From assembly GCF_009914755.1 (NCBI RefSeq), contig NC_060930.1: DNA of 64,000 bases. The stretch is one strand, 5' to 3'. Of the stretch, positions 37,130 to 51,454 are shown in pieces. Source of the stretch: the human T2T-CHM13v2.0 reference genome, Homo sapiens. Within the stretch, counting starts at the first letter, position 1, and each line of letters opens with the position of its first letter. The position numbers were made by a program, and so were the translations under genes. Below the pieces are notes generated by a model. That model saw only the letters and a program-made list of their open reading frames with translations, had not been told where the DNA came from and did no database searches.

Positions 37130-37676
37130 ATTAGCTTGTGGATTAGTTTGCTGTTGCTGCATAACACATTGAGTGGCTTAAAAGAACACACATCGATTAT
37201 GTCAGTTTCTGGAGGTTAGGAGTCCAGGCATGGCTTAGCTGCCATACTCTGCTTGGGGTCGTAGAGGCTGTAATCCAGGTGTCAGCCGGGCTGCATTCTC
37301 ATCTAGAGGCTTGACTGGGGAAGGCCGCCTCAGACTGTTGGCAGAATTTATTTCCTGGTGGCTGTAGAATTCATATCTGCCTGCTTCTTCAATGCCACCA
37401 GCAGAGAGAGAATCTGTAACTTCTGGGAAGGCCTGGACCCTCTTTTAAAGGGCTCACCAGATTATGTCAAGCCCATCCAGGCCACTGTTTTAACTTAATG
37501 TCATGTGATTAAGGAGGGGCTTTAATTATATCGGCAAAGTCTCTTCCTTTGCTATATTTTCTTAGTTAGATGCCAGTCACAGGTCTTACCCGTACTCAAG
37601 AGGAGAGGATTACACAGAAGTGTGGATACGAGGGGCATAAATCCCATGGATTTATTTTAGAATTCTGCCAACTACA
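37130..37676 (-). mobile_element. MLT1-family MaLR LTR
   Basis: ttgctgcataaca...agtggcttaaaagaacac...ttctggaggttaggagtcc...ttagaattctgccaactaca. Confidence 0.75.
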
Positions 37677-37713
37677 GGTTGTGTGTTATAATTCATAAAA
37701 ATAGCAGTGGTTT

Positions 37714-38113
37714 CTGTTGGTCTGTTTATGCTGCCATGACAAAATGCCAGACAGAATTTCTCCCTCTCAGTTCTGGAGGCTGGCAGTCTGAGATCAAGGT
37801 GCTGGCAAGGTAGTTTTCATTCTGAGGCCTCTTCCCTGGGCTTTTAGGTAGCTGCCACCTCTCTGTGTGCCCACATGGTCTTTCTGAGCATGTGCAGGGG
37901 GAGAGAGAGGATGCAAGAGCCTGTGCATGCCTGTACCAGAAGCCTGGTCTCTCTTCTTATAAGGACAGCAGTCCTGTCAGATTAGAACCCATGCTCATGG
38001 CCTCTTTTAACCTTCATTACCTCTTCATAGACGCTAGTCCCAAATACAATCACATTGGACATTAGGGTTTTGATGTAGGAATTTTGGTGGGGGACACAAT
38101 TCATTCTGTAGCA
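37714..38113 (-). mobile_element. MLT1-family MaLR LTR (MLT1A/B-like)
   Basis: ctcagttctggaggctggcagtctgagatcaaggtgctggca...tctcttcttataaggac...gggggacacaattca. Confidence 0.8.
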
Positions 38114-38407
38114 GGCTAAGAAAGTCTTCTAGTTACATTCTGCTTATCTCAAGGGATATCAGTTGGGGTATATATATAGATGCCTTCCCCAAAAAGCATC
38201 ATGACCCTTATATTATAATATGACCTTGGGCAAATTACCTACTCTAGGAGATGATTTCCTTCAACTAAAATAGTGGTTGGCAACATTAACTACTTTGCAG
38301 GATTTTTGTTCGCATTGGTTGTGCTGTGTGTAAATCACCTATAGTGTGCCGAGGGCACAGGAGGTGCTCATTAAATGTTGTCTGTTGTTGCTGTATTTGT
38401 GCCTTGA

Positions 38408-38625
<218 letters not shown>

Positions 38626-39165
38626 TTTCTTTTTTTAATTATTATCTACCTTAAATGAAGAATTCCCCATGAATCCTTCCATTTCTTCAAGAAAGAAGTG
38701 GTTACTCTCCCCTGAACTCATAGGACAGTGGCATTTATAAGCCTCTGTCCTATAGTATTTATAAGCTTATTTTTGCAGTGTATTATTTGTATACATCTTT
38801 TGTTTCTTCTGTTTCTTAAAGTCAAGGACCTTCTTATACCTCTGCTTATCTTTTTCATAGTGCCTTGTACATTAATATTTTTTCAGTTTAAACAATGTTG
38901 AATGAACAAATAAATGAATGGGCATGGCCTCTGAGGTAATGTGTTTCCTCTTTCATCTAAATCTTTGTTTCTCAATCCTTTCTAACTCATGCCTTCTTTT
39001 GAAAATGTAAGTTTCCTTACACCCCTTCCACCTTTCAGTATCTCCTCCCAAAAGACCAGGCCCGCAGCCCCCATCTCCCTTGATGGGACAAGCTCGACTT
39101 TTCCTACAGATCCTCAACAGTTGAGATTATTTTATCAAGCTCCACTTTCATGTGGTATGTTATAA

Positions 39166-39777
<612 letters not shown>

Positions 39778-40382
39778 TGAGAATTACTGCTCTAAACAAT
39801 TTCTGATATACTGTAGAATCCTGTTACAGGAAGTAGTGAAGTTAGAATTAAGTGTTCAGGTGCGGTGTTGTGTCTCCACTACCTTTGCACATGTGTAAGA
39901 GAATATTCTGTCTTCCCTTTATATGATTCTTTTTAAATGACAGGGTTAAACTGATATGCATTTGAATTTGTCGAACCCTGTTCTCCAAAATGATTCCAGT
40001 TTGTGTCACTTAAGGAGTGACCCTAGACATATATTAGGCTTTCATAAGACCTTTCTCTCCAGAGCTTACAGCGCTTTGCAGACATTACTTTATCAATACT
40101 TAGGGCATCCTTGTGAGCCAAGCAAGAACTGGGAGCTGTTGCTGTTTTTTTTGCAGTGGAATAGCACGAGAAGTTCAGGAGGGGCCTGCCCTCCAGACCC
40201 CATCTCAAGGATGTGTGCGCTGGTCAGACCCTGCCTTCATGCTCCCGCGCTGTGGATTCTTCACGGTAGCCTGCACCACGAGAGTGGGTACAGTGTGCCA
40301 GCAAACAAAATGCCTTTGGTCACAAGATAATAGAGTAAATTTACAAGGTGATGTTTATTTTTAAAGGAATACGTAAGAATCA

Positions 40383-40698
<316 letters not shown>

Positions 40699-43388
40699 GC
40701 ACCAATGTAAAGTACATCTGGTCTCCACAGGGGACTTCTTTTAAGTTCAAGGTGTCTTATTTAAAAGAGGCTGTGTTTGGAATTGGATTGCAGCAAATGG
40801 GGGTTGTTTTAAGCCTGCCCGCCTCTATATTCTGGAAGTTATATTATGCCTTTGAAAACAAATTGGCTTGGCGTGGTCAATCCTGCTTTTAGTTAATGTT
40901 GAGGATGTGGGAAATGCAACCATGAGCTTGCGGGAGAGATGGGGTCCCAAGATTTAGGGACCTGTGTAGAATTGGGCATCTTTCTGAGAAGGCAGATTGA
41001 TGGTAAAGAAAAGTAGAATCTTTGGCTAGTTTGATGTTTATGTGGGTGCACTTGAAATAGGATGTTGTAGGCAATGCCGTCTCACTTTTGGGAGGATAAT
41101 ACTCAATAACTATTAAAAATCCCCTTTCATCCCTTGTTCTGTACTCCTCATTTTTTTTTTAATACAACAAATGCTTTTTAGCCTAATCTCCGTTAATTGT
41201 GATGACAGGTTTTTAGGTGAAGACCCATCAATTATCAATAGACTATTAAATATTAAATAGTGAGCAAGAAATTCAATATAAAAGTGTGTATGTAACAATA
41301 ATATTCAAATATTGTTGAAAGACTGCGTGCTTACGTGTTTTGAGTATACCTAAAGTGGATATACTTTGTGTCTCCATTGTAAATTCCTAAAATTTCTGGT
41401 CATGGCTTTTTTATTAGAAAGTCTAAGAAAAGAAGAGTATGGGAAATTGAAATGGCTGGCAGTAGACAAGTAGCATGCCACTGTAAGATAGTGCTCTTTT
41501 TATCTTGATATAGACATATCCAGACATGTGTATATTTTGTAACGTAGGGTAAAATTTTCTACTGTTGAGTTTGTCCATATACATTCTAGTTATTATTTTA
41601 AGATAGTAAAGATCCTTCGTGCGCTGATGCTAGATTGGTATATTAATTCACTTAGCAGAAGGGTATTGATATTGAGTGTAATTAGCATGAAACACTTTGA
41701 ACTTTTTTAGGCTGAAAAGGATAATGTAACTTCTTTAGTTTTCCTCCTTTCTCCCTTTCTCCCCACACCCATTTTTAAAATAACAGTGCTTTTCATACTG
41801 TCAGAATTTCATGTTGTGACACCCTACTCAGAAGTTATGACAGCAGGGTAATGACAGCAACTGCCTCCTGAAAATCAATCAGGCAATTAATTTTGTAAAT
41901 GAAATGCTGATTATACAAAGCTTCACATGAGAGGCCCAGTGATTAAAATCAATTTAACAAATTGTTTCAGGTGGGACTTGATTAATAATTTGCCATAAAT
42001 GCTAAGGATATATGACCAGCATTCCTTGTTGTTGCTGTTACTATCCAGCTATATATAAAAATCGACAGGTAAGCTCTATCTATCTTTATATTAGTGACAC
42101 TTTGCTTGTTTGTTTACCTAAGTAGGCCTGGGTAACAGTGAAAATGGAATGCATTTTTACATTTTTATGTCATCCTGGTTCATGTTTTCCTGTGTTCTGC
42201 TTTAAAAAACATTGCCCAGGCAGGTTTGAGTTCAACCAAGTTAAGTAAGTTTTTTCTATATAGGACATTTTAGACTTTTCTCATGTTAATATATGTTATG
42301 AATCTTGAAGAATGGTGTGCGCTTTATACACATTTACCATTCTTAATTACAATAACATCTATTCATATACTTTGGGAAATACTGTTTTTAGAATACTAGA
42401 AATAGTGACATTATAGTATGGAAATTAAAAAATGCCTATGTTTGGAGCATTATAGTTTGAATTCAGAAGTCACTTGGAATAGGAGATGGATGTCTTTCCA
42501 GCAGTCACATACCAAACATTTATTAAATGCCTGTTATAAGTCAGACAGCATATCGATTTTCATAATTTTATTACTTATACTTGACACAGCTAGGAAGACA
42601 GTACAATATTGTTTAGAAAAGGATGGCTTGGAGAGAGGTAAGGGTTAAAAGATGCACTTGGGTTTCTTTAATTTTGTTTTTTTATTAAAGAAATAATAGC
42701 AATAATGGTTGTCCATTGGGTGTCAGAAGTTGGGGCTATAAGGAAAATTAGGGTGAGGAAAAAACATATCTGGCCTTAAAGAACTTACTGTCTGATAAAG
42801 GAGGCAGAGATAAACAATGAGTTGCAGTTGATGGTGATAAATTGAGTATCTGTTAAATAAGAGAGCTGTGGGGAACGGTGGAGCCTTGTGAAGGCAGGCT
42901 GCTGGACTCACTGGTATTTCCCCAGGCTGGAAGTGCGTCTTCCGTTTACAGGGCAGCCACAGCTGTGCTGGGTACAGAGTGTTCTAGAAATGGGTTTGGA
43001 GTTGTGTGCTCAGGCATCGGCTTGGTGGTGCATAAGAGGGCTGTCCAGGTACAGGGCGGGCTGAGGCCTGATAGGTCGCTGGGCCTGTCACCTTGAGGCT
43101 AACCTTGTTTGTTTGAATTTGTCCTTCTGGAGTTTGGATTTTTCGGACCCCTTTATGTCCTCTTTCTTACTTTTGATCTTCAAGGAAGTTTATTGATAAG
43201 ATTTCTGATCAAAGAATGGGGCAGAAAGGAGAAGTGTCTCTAACAGTCCACATTCTTTTTGATACCACAGCATAATCAGAAGGTCTGGCAGGGAGGGAGA
43301 AGGGAAGATTCTAGAATTATCGCACGTTAGAACAATAAGGAACTTCATCCCATTTGCCCTTTAATTAAAAAAAAAAAAGAAAAAAAAA

Positions 43389-43929
43389 GGCCGGGCATGG
43401 TGCCTTACACCTGTAATTCCAGCACTTTGGGAGGCTGAGGTGGGTGGATCACCTGAGGTCAAGAGTTCAGACCAGCCTGGGCAAAACCCTGTCTCTACTA
43501 AAAATACAAAAAAAAATTAGCCAGGCGTGGTGGGCAGGAGAATCACTTGAATCCGGGAGGTGGAGATTGCAGTGATCTGAGATTGCATCACTGCACTCCA
43601 GCCTGGGCAACAGAGTGAGAGAATCCGTATCAAAAAAGCAGCCTGATGTTGTGACTCACACCCATAATCCCAGCACTTTGGGAGGCTGAGGCAGGAGGAT
43701 CACTTGAGCCCAGGAGTTTGAGACCAGTCTAGGCAACATAGCAAGACCCCATCTCTATAAAAAAAATTAGCCAGGTGTAGTAGCACACGCTTGTGGTCCC
43801 AGCTATGTGGGAGGCTGGGGTGGGAGGATGGGTTGAGCCCAGGAGTTTGAGGCTGTGTGAGCTGATTGCACCACTGCACTCCAGCCTGTGTGACAGAGCA
43901 GGACCTTGTCTGACTCTTAAAAAAAAAAA
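43389..43929 (+). mobile_element. Two tandem sense Alus (43389-43637 with internal deletions; about 43639-43929)
   Basis: Two Alu bodies with A-rich ends. Confidence 0.9.
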
Positions 43930-43943
43930 CCACACACACAAAA

Positions 43944-44380
43944 CTTTTATTTTGAAATAATTTTAAATTTACAGCAAAGTTGCAAGAATAGTGCAGAGAA
44001 GTCCCATGTACCTTTTATTCTGATGCATTACATTTTTACATTTTGCTACATTTACTTTATTATTCTGTCTGTTCATCTATCCATCTGTTCATCCATCATT
44101 TATTTATAATGCATTTTCTCAGAATCATTTTTGAGAGTAGGTTGTATACATTCCGCTTCTTTACTCCTAGATACTTCAGGGTGTATTTCCTAGGAGCAAG
44201 CATATGCTCTTACACACACCTCAGTGCAGTTATCACTGTCAGGAAACTTAGATTTGATTGCATACTTTAACCTACAGTCTACATTCTAATTTTGTCTGTT
44301 GTCCTAATAGCATCTATATAGCAATCTTCTCTCCTTCAGTGTAAGATTCTGTCTGGCCTTTATATGTTGAATTTAGTTGC
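43944..44380 (-). mobile_element. L1M (MC/MD-like) 3'-end fragment
   Basis: ttttattttgaaataattttaaatttacagcaaagttgcaagaatagt...tacttcagggtgtatttcctagga is typical of an antisense old L1 3'UTR. Confidence 0.75.
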
Positions 44381-44382
44381 CC

Positions 44383-44418
<36 letters not shown>

Positions 44419-47400
44419 ATAAGATTTGACCATATATTAGTCATGTTAACTTGTTTTTCTTTAATGAAGCACATTACAGTAAGAGTCAATATATGCTTAC
44501 ACATAGTTACAGCTCTGACAAATTAGATATCTAATAGGGTCATATCTCTGAAAAGCATTTTAAAACCAGGGGCAAATAGCCTGTGTATCAGCATGGCAAG
44601 CACCCTTTGTCCCAAGATAGGTAAGTCAGTTGGTAATTTTCTTATCTTAACTGGCATTTTAATACAATTTTTAAGTTGTTTATTTAAAATATTGATAAAA
44701 TAGTTGGAAAGAGGCATGGTAGCAACCATAGGGATTGCTGGGGAAATTAGTAACTTCTCTGTCTTTACGTAGTGCTCTGATATGTGTTTGGAATTGTTTA
44801 TCCTTGCAAATCACACTAAACATCTTTTGAATGGTTGTCTGAGGGAGGTATTATTATTTTTACTTGAGAGGTGGGGAAATTGAGGCTTAGAGCACTTCAA
44901 TAATTTACTTAACATTTCATGGCTAGTCAGAAGTAGGAGAGAGATGTGAACCCAGGTGTACCTGATGACATACTTTTAGGCTCTTTCCATTTTACTGGAG
45001 ATGGCAAATTACTTTTTGCTTGTGCAAATTCTGATAGTTGACACAACTGCCCGCAACTCTGCAGGACAAAAGATTCTGAGGCTTACTGGACTTAGAGAAA
45101 ATAATGCTAGGATTGATTAGCAATGTCTGTCTTCTGCACATTGATGGAGGAGTAGAGGGTTTCCATGCCTCATTGATTATTCTGGAATTATACCTCCATA
45201 TAATAATGATGATAATAAAATCTATCCTTTTAAAAAAAAAAAAACCTGCTATGTACCAAGAACTTGAATGTATTATCTCCAGTTCTGTAACAGCTCTGAA
45301 ATGATAGTGGTAGTGTTCTTTGTGTACAGATCCATTAACTGAGGTGCAAGGAAGTTAAGTGGTAGCTTTCTTCAGTATCACAGAGCTACAAGTGGTGGGG
45401 TTAAAATTTGACATAGTCTCACAAAAGCTTCTTTCTCAATTTGAATCTGTATTTGTATGGGAAATATACCATATTATTTCTCCTTCTTAAATAAGTGCTT
45501 GCTACTAGGCTGTCAGTAGTGACACATGGTTATGAACAATACTGCATACTTAGAGATGTAAATGTTAGAAAATGTTAAAGCCATGATAAAAGCTTTACAA
45601 TTTTTTTGGGTAGCAAGAGTAACAAATGTGAGGAAAAATGGAAATATATTCTATTACTATTTTGGTATTCCTTTTAGATCTAATTTACTCTCAAAATAAA
45701 CAATATATATAGCCTTTGGTTTGTTCATAAAATTATTACATTTGCTAAATTAAATTGAAAAGTGTAGCTTAGTCAGACAGTAATTTACTCATTGAATTGA
45801 CTTACAAGCTGCTGAGCTTTGGGGGATGAAGCTAATAATAGGTTTTGCCAATTTATAAAAATCAGGGAAAAACTAGGGAACCAAAATAGTCTTCCTTTCT
45901 GGACTTATTCTGTAGCACCTGGATGATAGCTATAAATGGGTTCAATACTTGTTTTTCTCCTCTTCCGTACTCCTGTTTCTCTGGGACAGTCTAGGCAGGG
46001 GGACAGACATTGATCAAGTAGTCACACAGATGAGCCCACTGTTACTCTGAGAGGATCCTGCCCGGGCCTGGAGTTCAGGGAGGGCTCCTCTAAGGACATG
46101 ACGTTGGAGCTGAGTTCTGCAGGAGGAGAACAGAGCTCATTCTAGGTGAAAGAATGACATATTTGAAATGTGTGGTTTTTCTAGAGCCCTGTGGAGGCCA
46201 GCATGGTTGGAGGGGAGATTTCCTGCTGGCAGAGATGGGGGGTCCCACAGATTGACTTGGTAAAGAGCTGGCTGTGGTGGAGAGGAGAGGAAGGGTCAGG
46301 ATGTGTCCTGGATTCTGACATGAATATCTGGGTGGATGGGGTGTCTTTCTCTGAGGTCAGAGAGAGGCGGAGAGGAGCCTGTGGATGTCTGGGCAGGAAT
46401 GCTGTGCAGAGTTCTGGGGCTTGGAGGAAGCAGCCAAGGGAAGCAGCATTTGGGAGACAGAAGCTTGGGGAGGTGATGGAAGCCATGGTCTGGGTGAACT
46501 TGTGCAAAGTGAAGCTTTGTCTGCAGGGAGGGGAGACTAGAAGGGTCTTTACCTCTTTTATCTAGTGGTCATCAAGAGGCCTACATTCTAGTTAGAGTCC
46601 TGCTGTTTAAGTGGCCATGTGGTATTGAGGAAGCTGTTCCTTTCTCATGTCAACAAATGTTAATTATGCCAGGCATTGTACTAAGTGCTAGGTATGCAAA
46701 GATGAATAAGACAAAATTTTCACCTTGAAATTAACAGTCTGCTGGGGAGACAGGAAAATATGTAGATTAAATTATTGAGTGGTTTAGCTCTGCCTTCAAT
46801 TTGCTAATTTGTTAAGAGTAAAATAAAAGAGATTTAGGAAGTTCTTTTTATGTGATAAATCCTGTGGTATCTCATTTAATCCACCAGCAACACTGCGAGG
46901 TGAGTGTGACCGTATTCTGTTGAATAGCTTAAGCTTACCTAGCTAATAAGCAGCACAGGCAGGATTCTCACCCAGGTTTGTCTGACTTGAAACCCCCTGC
47001 CTGCTCCGTTATAACCTTTTCCCCAAATTATGTTTCTAAACTTTGGATTTATTTTATATATTAGAAAAGATGTAGGAATTTGAAGTGGTCAAGAGGTGGT
47101 CACCTAAAGGCAAATATGGTATTGTACTTGCATAGCAAGAGTAGTGAAGGAATGGGAGGTTTCCTGGGAACCAGTGGAAAGGTTTCTGTACGGATCTGCT
47201 TCCAGAACGCTGATGCTTGGATTTAAATACCAGTCTTTATGAATAGATTTGGTAGTGAGTCCAAGGCTCTGTCTCCCCTCGCACCTCTTCAGTGTTTTCA
47301 TTGATGAAGACTTGGGTGAAATAGTATGCTGATTTCATTGATGGTTGATGTCAAGCTAGAAAATGCAGTTACTGTAATATGTCAGATCCAAATCAAGATT

Positions 47401-48299
47401 TGAAAAACAACCTCATCCTGGTAGAATGGTGATCAGAAATAAGCGAAATGCAAACAAGCGGAGATAAAGACCAACTTCTTCTACTAGGGTCAACTCCCCA
47501 AGTGTCTGATAGGAGATGGGGAGGTGGGGTTTAGTCAGCTGTTGGTGGGGATGGGGCTGCCAAGAGCGCAGAGCTCTTAGACTGTGTTGTCAGCAGTGCA
47601 GGTTCTAGAAAAAGGAAGCAAGAACTGCTCCCCCACTCCCCCCACAATACCTTTTGTGTTGAGGGGGCTGAGAATGGGTATATGTCACGCAGAAAAGAGA
47701 AATAGCTTACAGCGATCTTCAAATATTCTGCCAAAGGACCAAAGTAATACCAATGGGTGTAAATGACAGGGAGCAGACTTTTGTTACATAGGAGGAAGAA
47801 ATTCATAACATTCATTGTAGATGCTTTGAAAGGATTTGTATGTACATCACTTACGGACCCGTCAGGCTCTCTGCAGTTCTAAGGTTCTGAGTTTCATTGC
47901 TGAATCTTTGAATCTTTGGTCAGGCTGTCTTAAGAATTGTGATAACGTGAGAATATATTAAAGTGCTTTGGAAATGCATGGCATATGTTGTTATTATTTG
48001 ATAATGTAAGTCTGGGATCTTTGGATGGGTTTCTAGATTAGATTCCATGAACTCCTCTGACACTGTATGCTAAATTGAGGGTTCCATGGTTCCACAAATA
48101 CATATGTTCTCTGCACCTTGCTTAAGAAAACCAAAACCAAGACCAAAAACACAGGCAGTGGTCATCTTTCTCAGTCAGTTAGGAGTGTTTTGAGGTCTCT
48201 CCCCCAACATTGCTAATGATGTCATGGTTAGAGGGCACCGATAATTTCATGGTTCTTAGAGTTAATAACAAAACAACCTTTTCTGCCTTGTCTAATATC

Positions 48300-48432
48300 T
48301 TTTTTTTTTTTCAGTAGAGAAGGGGTTTCACCATGTTGGCCAGGCTGATCTTGAACTCCTGACCTCAAGTGATCTGCCCGCCTCAGCCTCCCAAAGTGCT
48401 GAGATTACAGGTGTGAGCTACCATGTGTGGCC
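48300..48432 (-). mobile_element. Alu left-arm fragment
   Basis: agtagagaaggggtttcaccatgttggccagg...ttacaggtgtgagc. Confidence 0.88.
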
Positions 48433-50720
48433 AGTCTTGTCTAATATCTTAGAATCCCATTTCTTGATCCTTTCTGTACCATTGGAAAATGTGACAAATA
48501 TTCCTGTATTGACAAAAGAAGAACTTCTGTGTGTTGATACCCACATTCGAAGTTCCAACGTGTTAGTTCAAGTCTTAATAAGCAGGCAGTGTTTTGTTGT
48601 GAGTTGAAGTAAAACACATAGTGGTTTTAAATGCAGGGTTGCATGTTATCCTCCTTCAGTCTGATGATCGTGTATAGACACACCAGACCAGAGATGGGAC
48701 TGTGGACCCGAGTTGGGAGACTTGACTCTGGTCTGAGCTCTGCTACCGTGAGCCTCCTTTGTGTCATTGGGCATGAGAGAATCTCTTTGGCGATTACATT
48801 CTGCAGTAGTGGTGGCAGTGGTAGCTGAGATTCTTGGTTCTTTCTGGCTTAGAGAGGAGTAGGCACTTGTTATGAAACAAGAGAAGAGTCTTTAGTGCCC
48901 ACTTTTACTTTTGCCGTAAACGGGTTTTTATGCCGTTAGGAGAAGAACCTGACCAGAGTATGCATTCAGTATTATCATTGTCTTTACTTGTGTCTTCTGC
49001 AGGTGTGTACAGCAGCTCTGAAGTGTGTCCCACAGTGGCTTCTGGGTGGTGCCACTGGCATGTGGTGGGGAACCTCTGTGGTGAGGTGGAGTGGGCGCCC
49101 ACTGCCCACTGTTCTGTGTGTGCCGTGACCAGGCGGGTGTGCGAGGGAGGAAGACAGGCTAGACGGCCGTGTTGCATCCACCTCCTGTTCTCCCTTTACA
49201 GAGAGCCAGAGTACTGTTTGTAATATGCTCAGGGAAAAACAGAGGCATTTTGAGCTATATTTAGACACCATCACAGAAAAGTAAACACAGATTGCTTCCC
49301 GATATGACAGCAACTATCTACAGGCCACTGTGGCTGACCCCGATCCTTATCGAGCTTGTTTCACATGGCTGTGATCTGTGTGCATCAGTATTGAAGAAAT
49401 GGCACGTTACCTGACATGTCTTCTCTATGCCTGTGTGTAGTCCGCTGTGTTGGTGTGTTACGGCCGGGCCATGGATTCTTTACTTTTGCACAGTTGGGCT
49501 GTTCCATTTTTTCTCAATGAGTAGGTGGGCCCTGGGCTCCAGGTGCTGCCATAGCCCCTGTGACCTCTGAGAGCCTTTATAGCGCTGATGAATTTAATGT
49601 TCATAATAATTGCAAGGTGGGTTTTATTTCTCCTTTAGTGAATGAGAAAACTAAGAAATAAGGTCACAGTGTACTCGAGGTCCCTGGTGGGACAGGGCTG
49701 TGAATCCATTCTGAATCCAGAGCCCCTACTTCCTTGCTGGGCAGTGCCATTCGGTACACAGCTGCAGACGTGAATAAACACCCCCTGCCCTGTTTGAGCG
49801 AGAGAAATAGAACAGATTTCAAAAGTTTTCTTTAGTTACTGGTAAGAGAATGTTGTTTCCCGAACAATGGTTCAAAAGAGGGAAGAGTTTTCTATCAGCT
49901 CTTGTTTAATCCACATGTGTAGAAATGATTTTAGATCAACAAGATTCGATAGTTCTTTCGGTGGGTTTTCTTTGTTGTTTTTTTTTTTTTTTTTTGTGAA
50001 GTGTTTTTCCAATTTGCGGTTGAAGGAATTGGGCTGAAAAAAGTAGTAAAATATGATATGCATAAAGATGTATCTAATAAACTATGTTCTTAATTTGATA
50101 TTTAGGAGCAAATACAATTAGATATCTTTTACTATAAATGCATGTGTAGGGATACTCTGAAAGCCTGATAACAGAGTATCTAAATATAAAAAGGATAAAG
50201 TATATTTAAAGTATACTAAAAGTATATAAGCAAGTTGTCCTTTAACTTGGATCATCTTGAAAAGGACAGTTGGATTCCCAGCCCAGCCTCTGAAAGCCTA
50301 TCTGACATGTAATATAGCTGAATTGTGCTACCCAATATGCTTAGAAGAATCTATATACAAACATTTCTTAAAAATAGACAATGTATTTCTTCCTTAGAGA
50401 GAGAGAGAATAACTCCTACTTACATGTACATCCAAAAGTTTACTTTGAATAAGGAGGAGGAAAGTCTTATCAAGTAAAAAAATTGCATTAAAAGCCAAGT
50501 AACTAAAACCAGACTGGTTAGGTTAAGAGCTCTTTGAAAATGGTGGTGTATATATTGTGGCCTTCACAGCACTTGTCTTATTTTCTGGAATTGAAACTCA
50601 AGCTACAGCAGTTGTGGAATGCCATCTAGAAATGAAAACATGCTCGGACAATCTATTTAGAGAAGTTGTTGAGGGCTGTTTTCGATGTGGATGATAACCC
50701 TGATAGAGCATAAACTTTCA

Positions 50721-51089
<369 letters not shown>

Positions 51090-51153
51090 TCAGGTTAGAT
51101 GTGCGTATGAGAAGCAGCTTGGCCCTTTTGTTTTCCAGAAGTCTTAGATTTGA

Positions 51154-51454
<301 letters not shown>

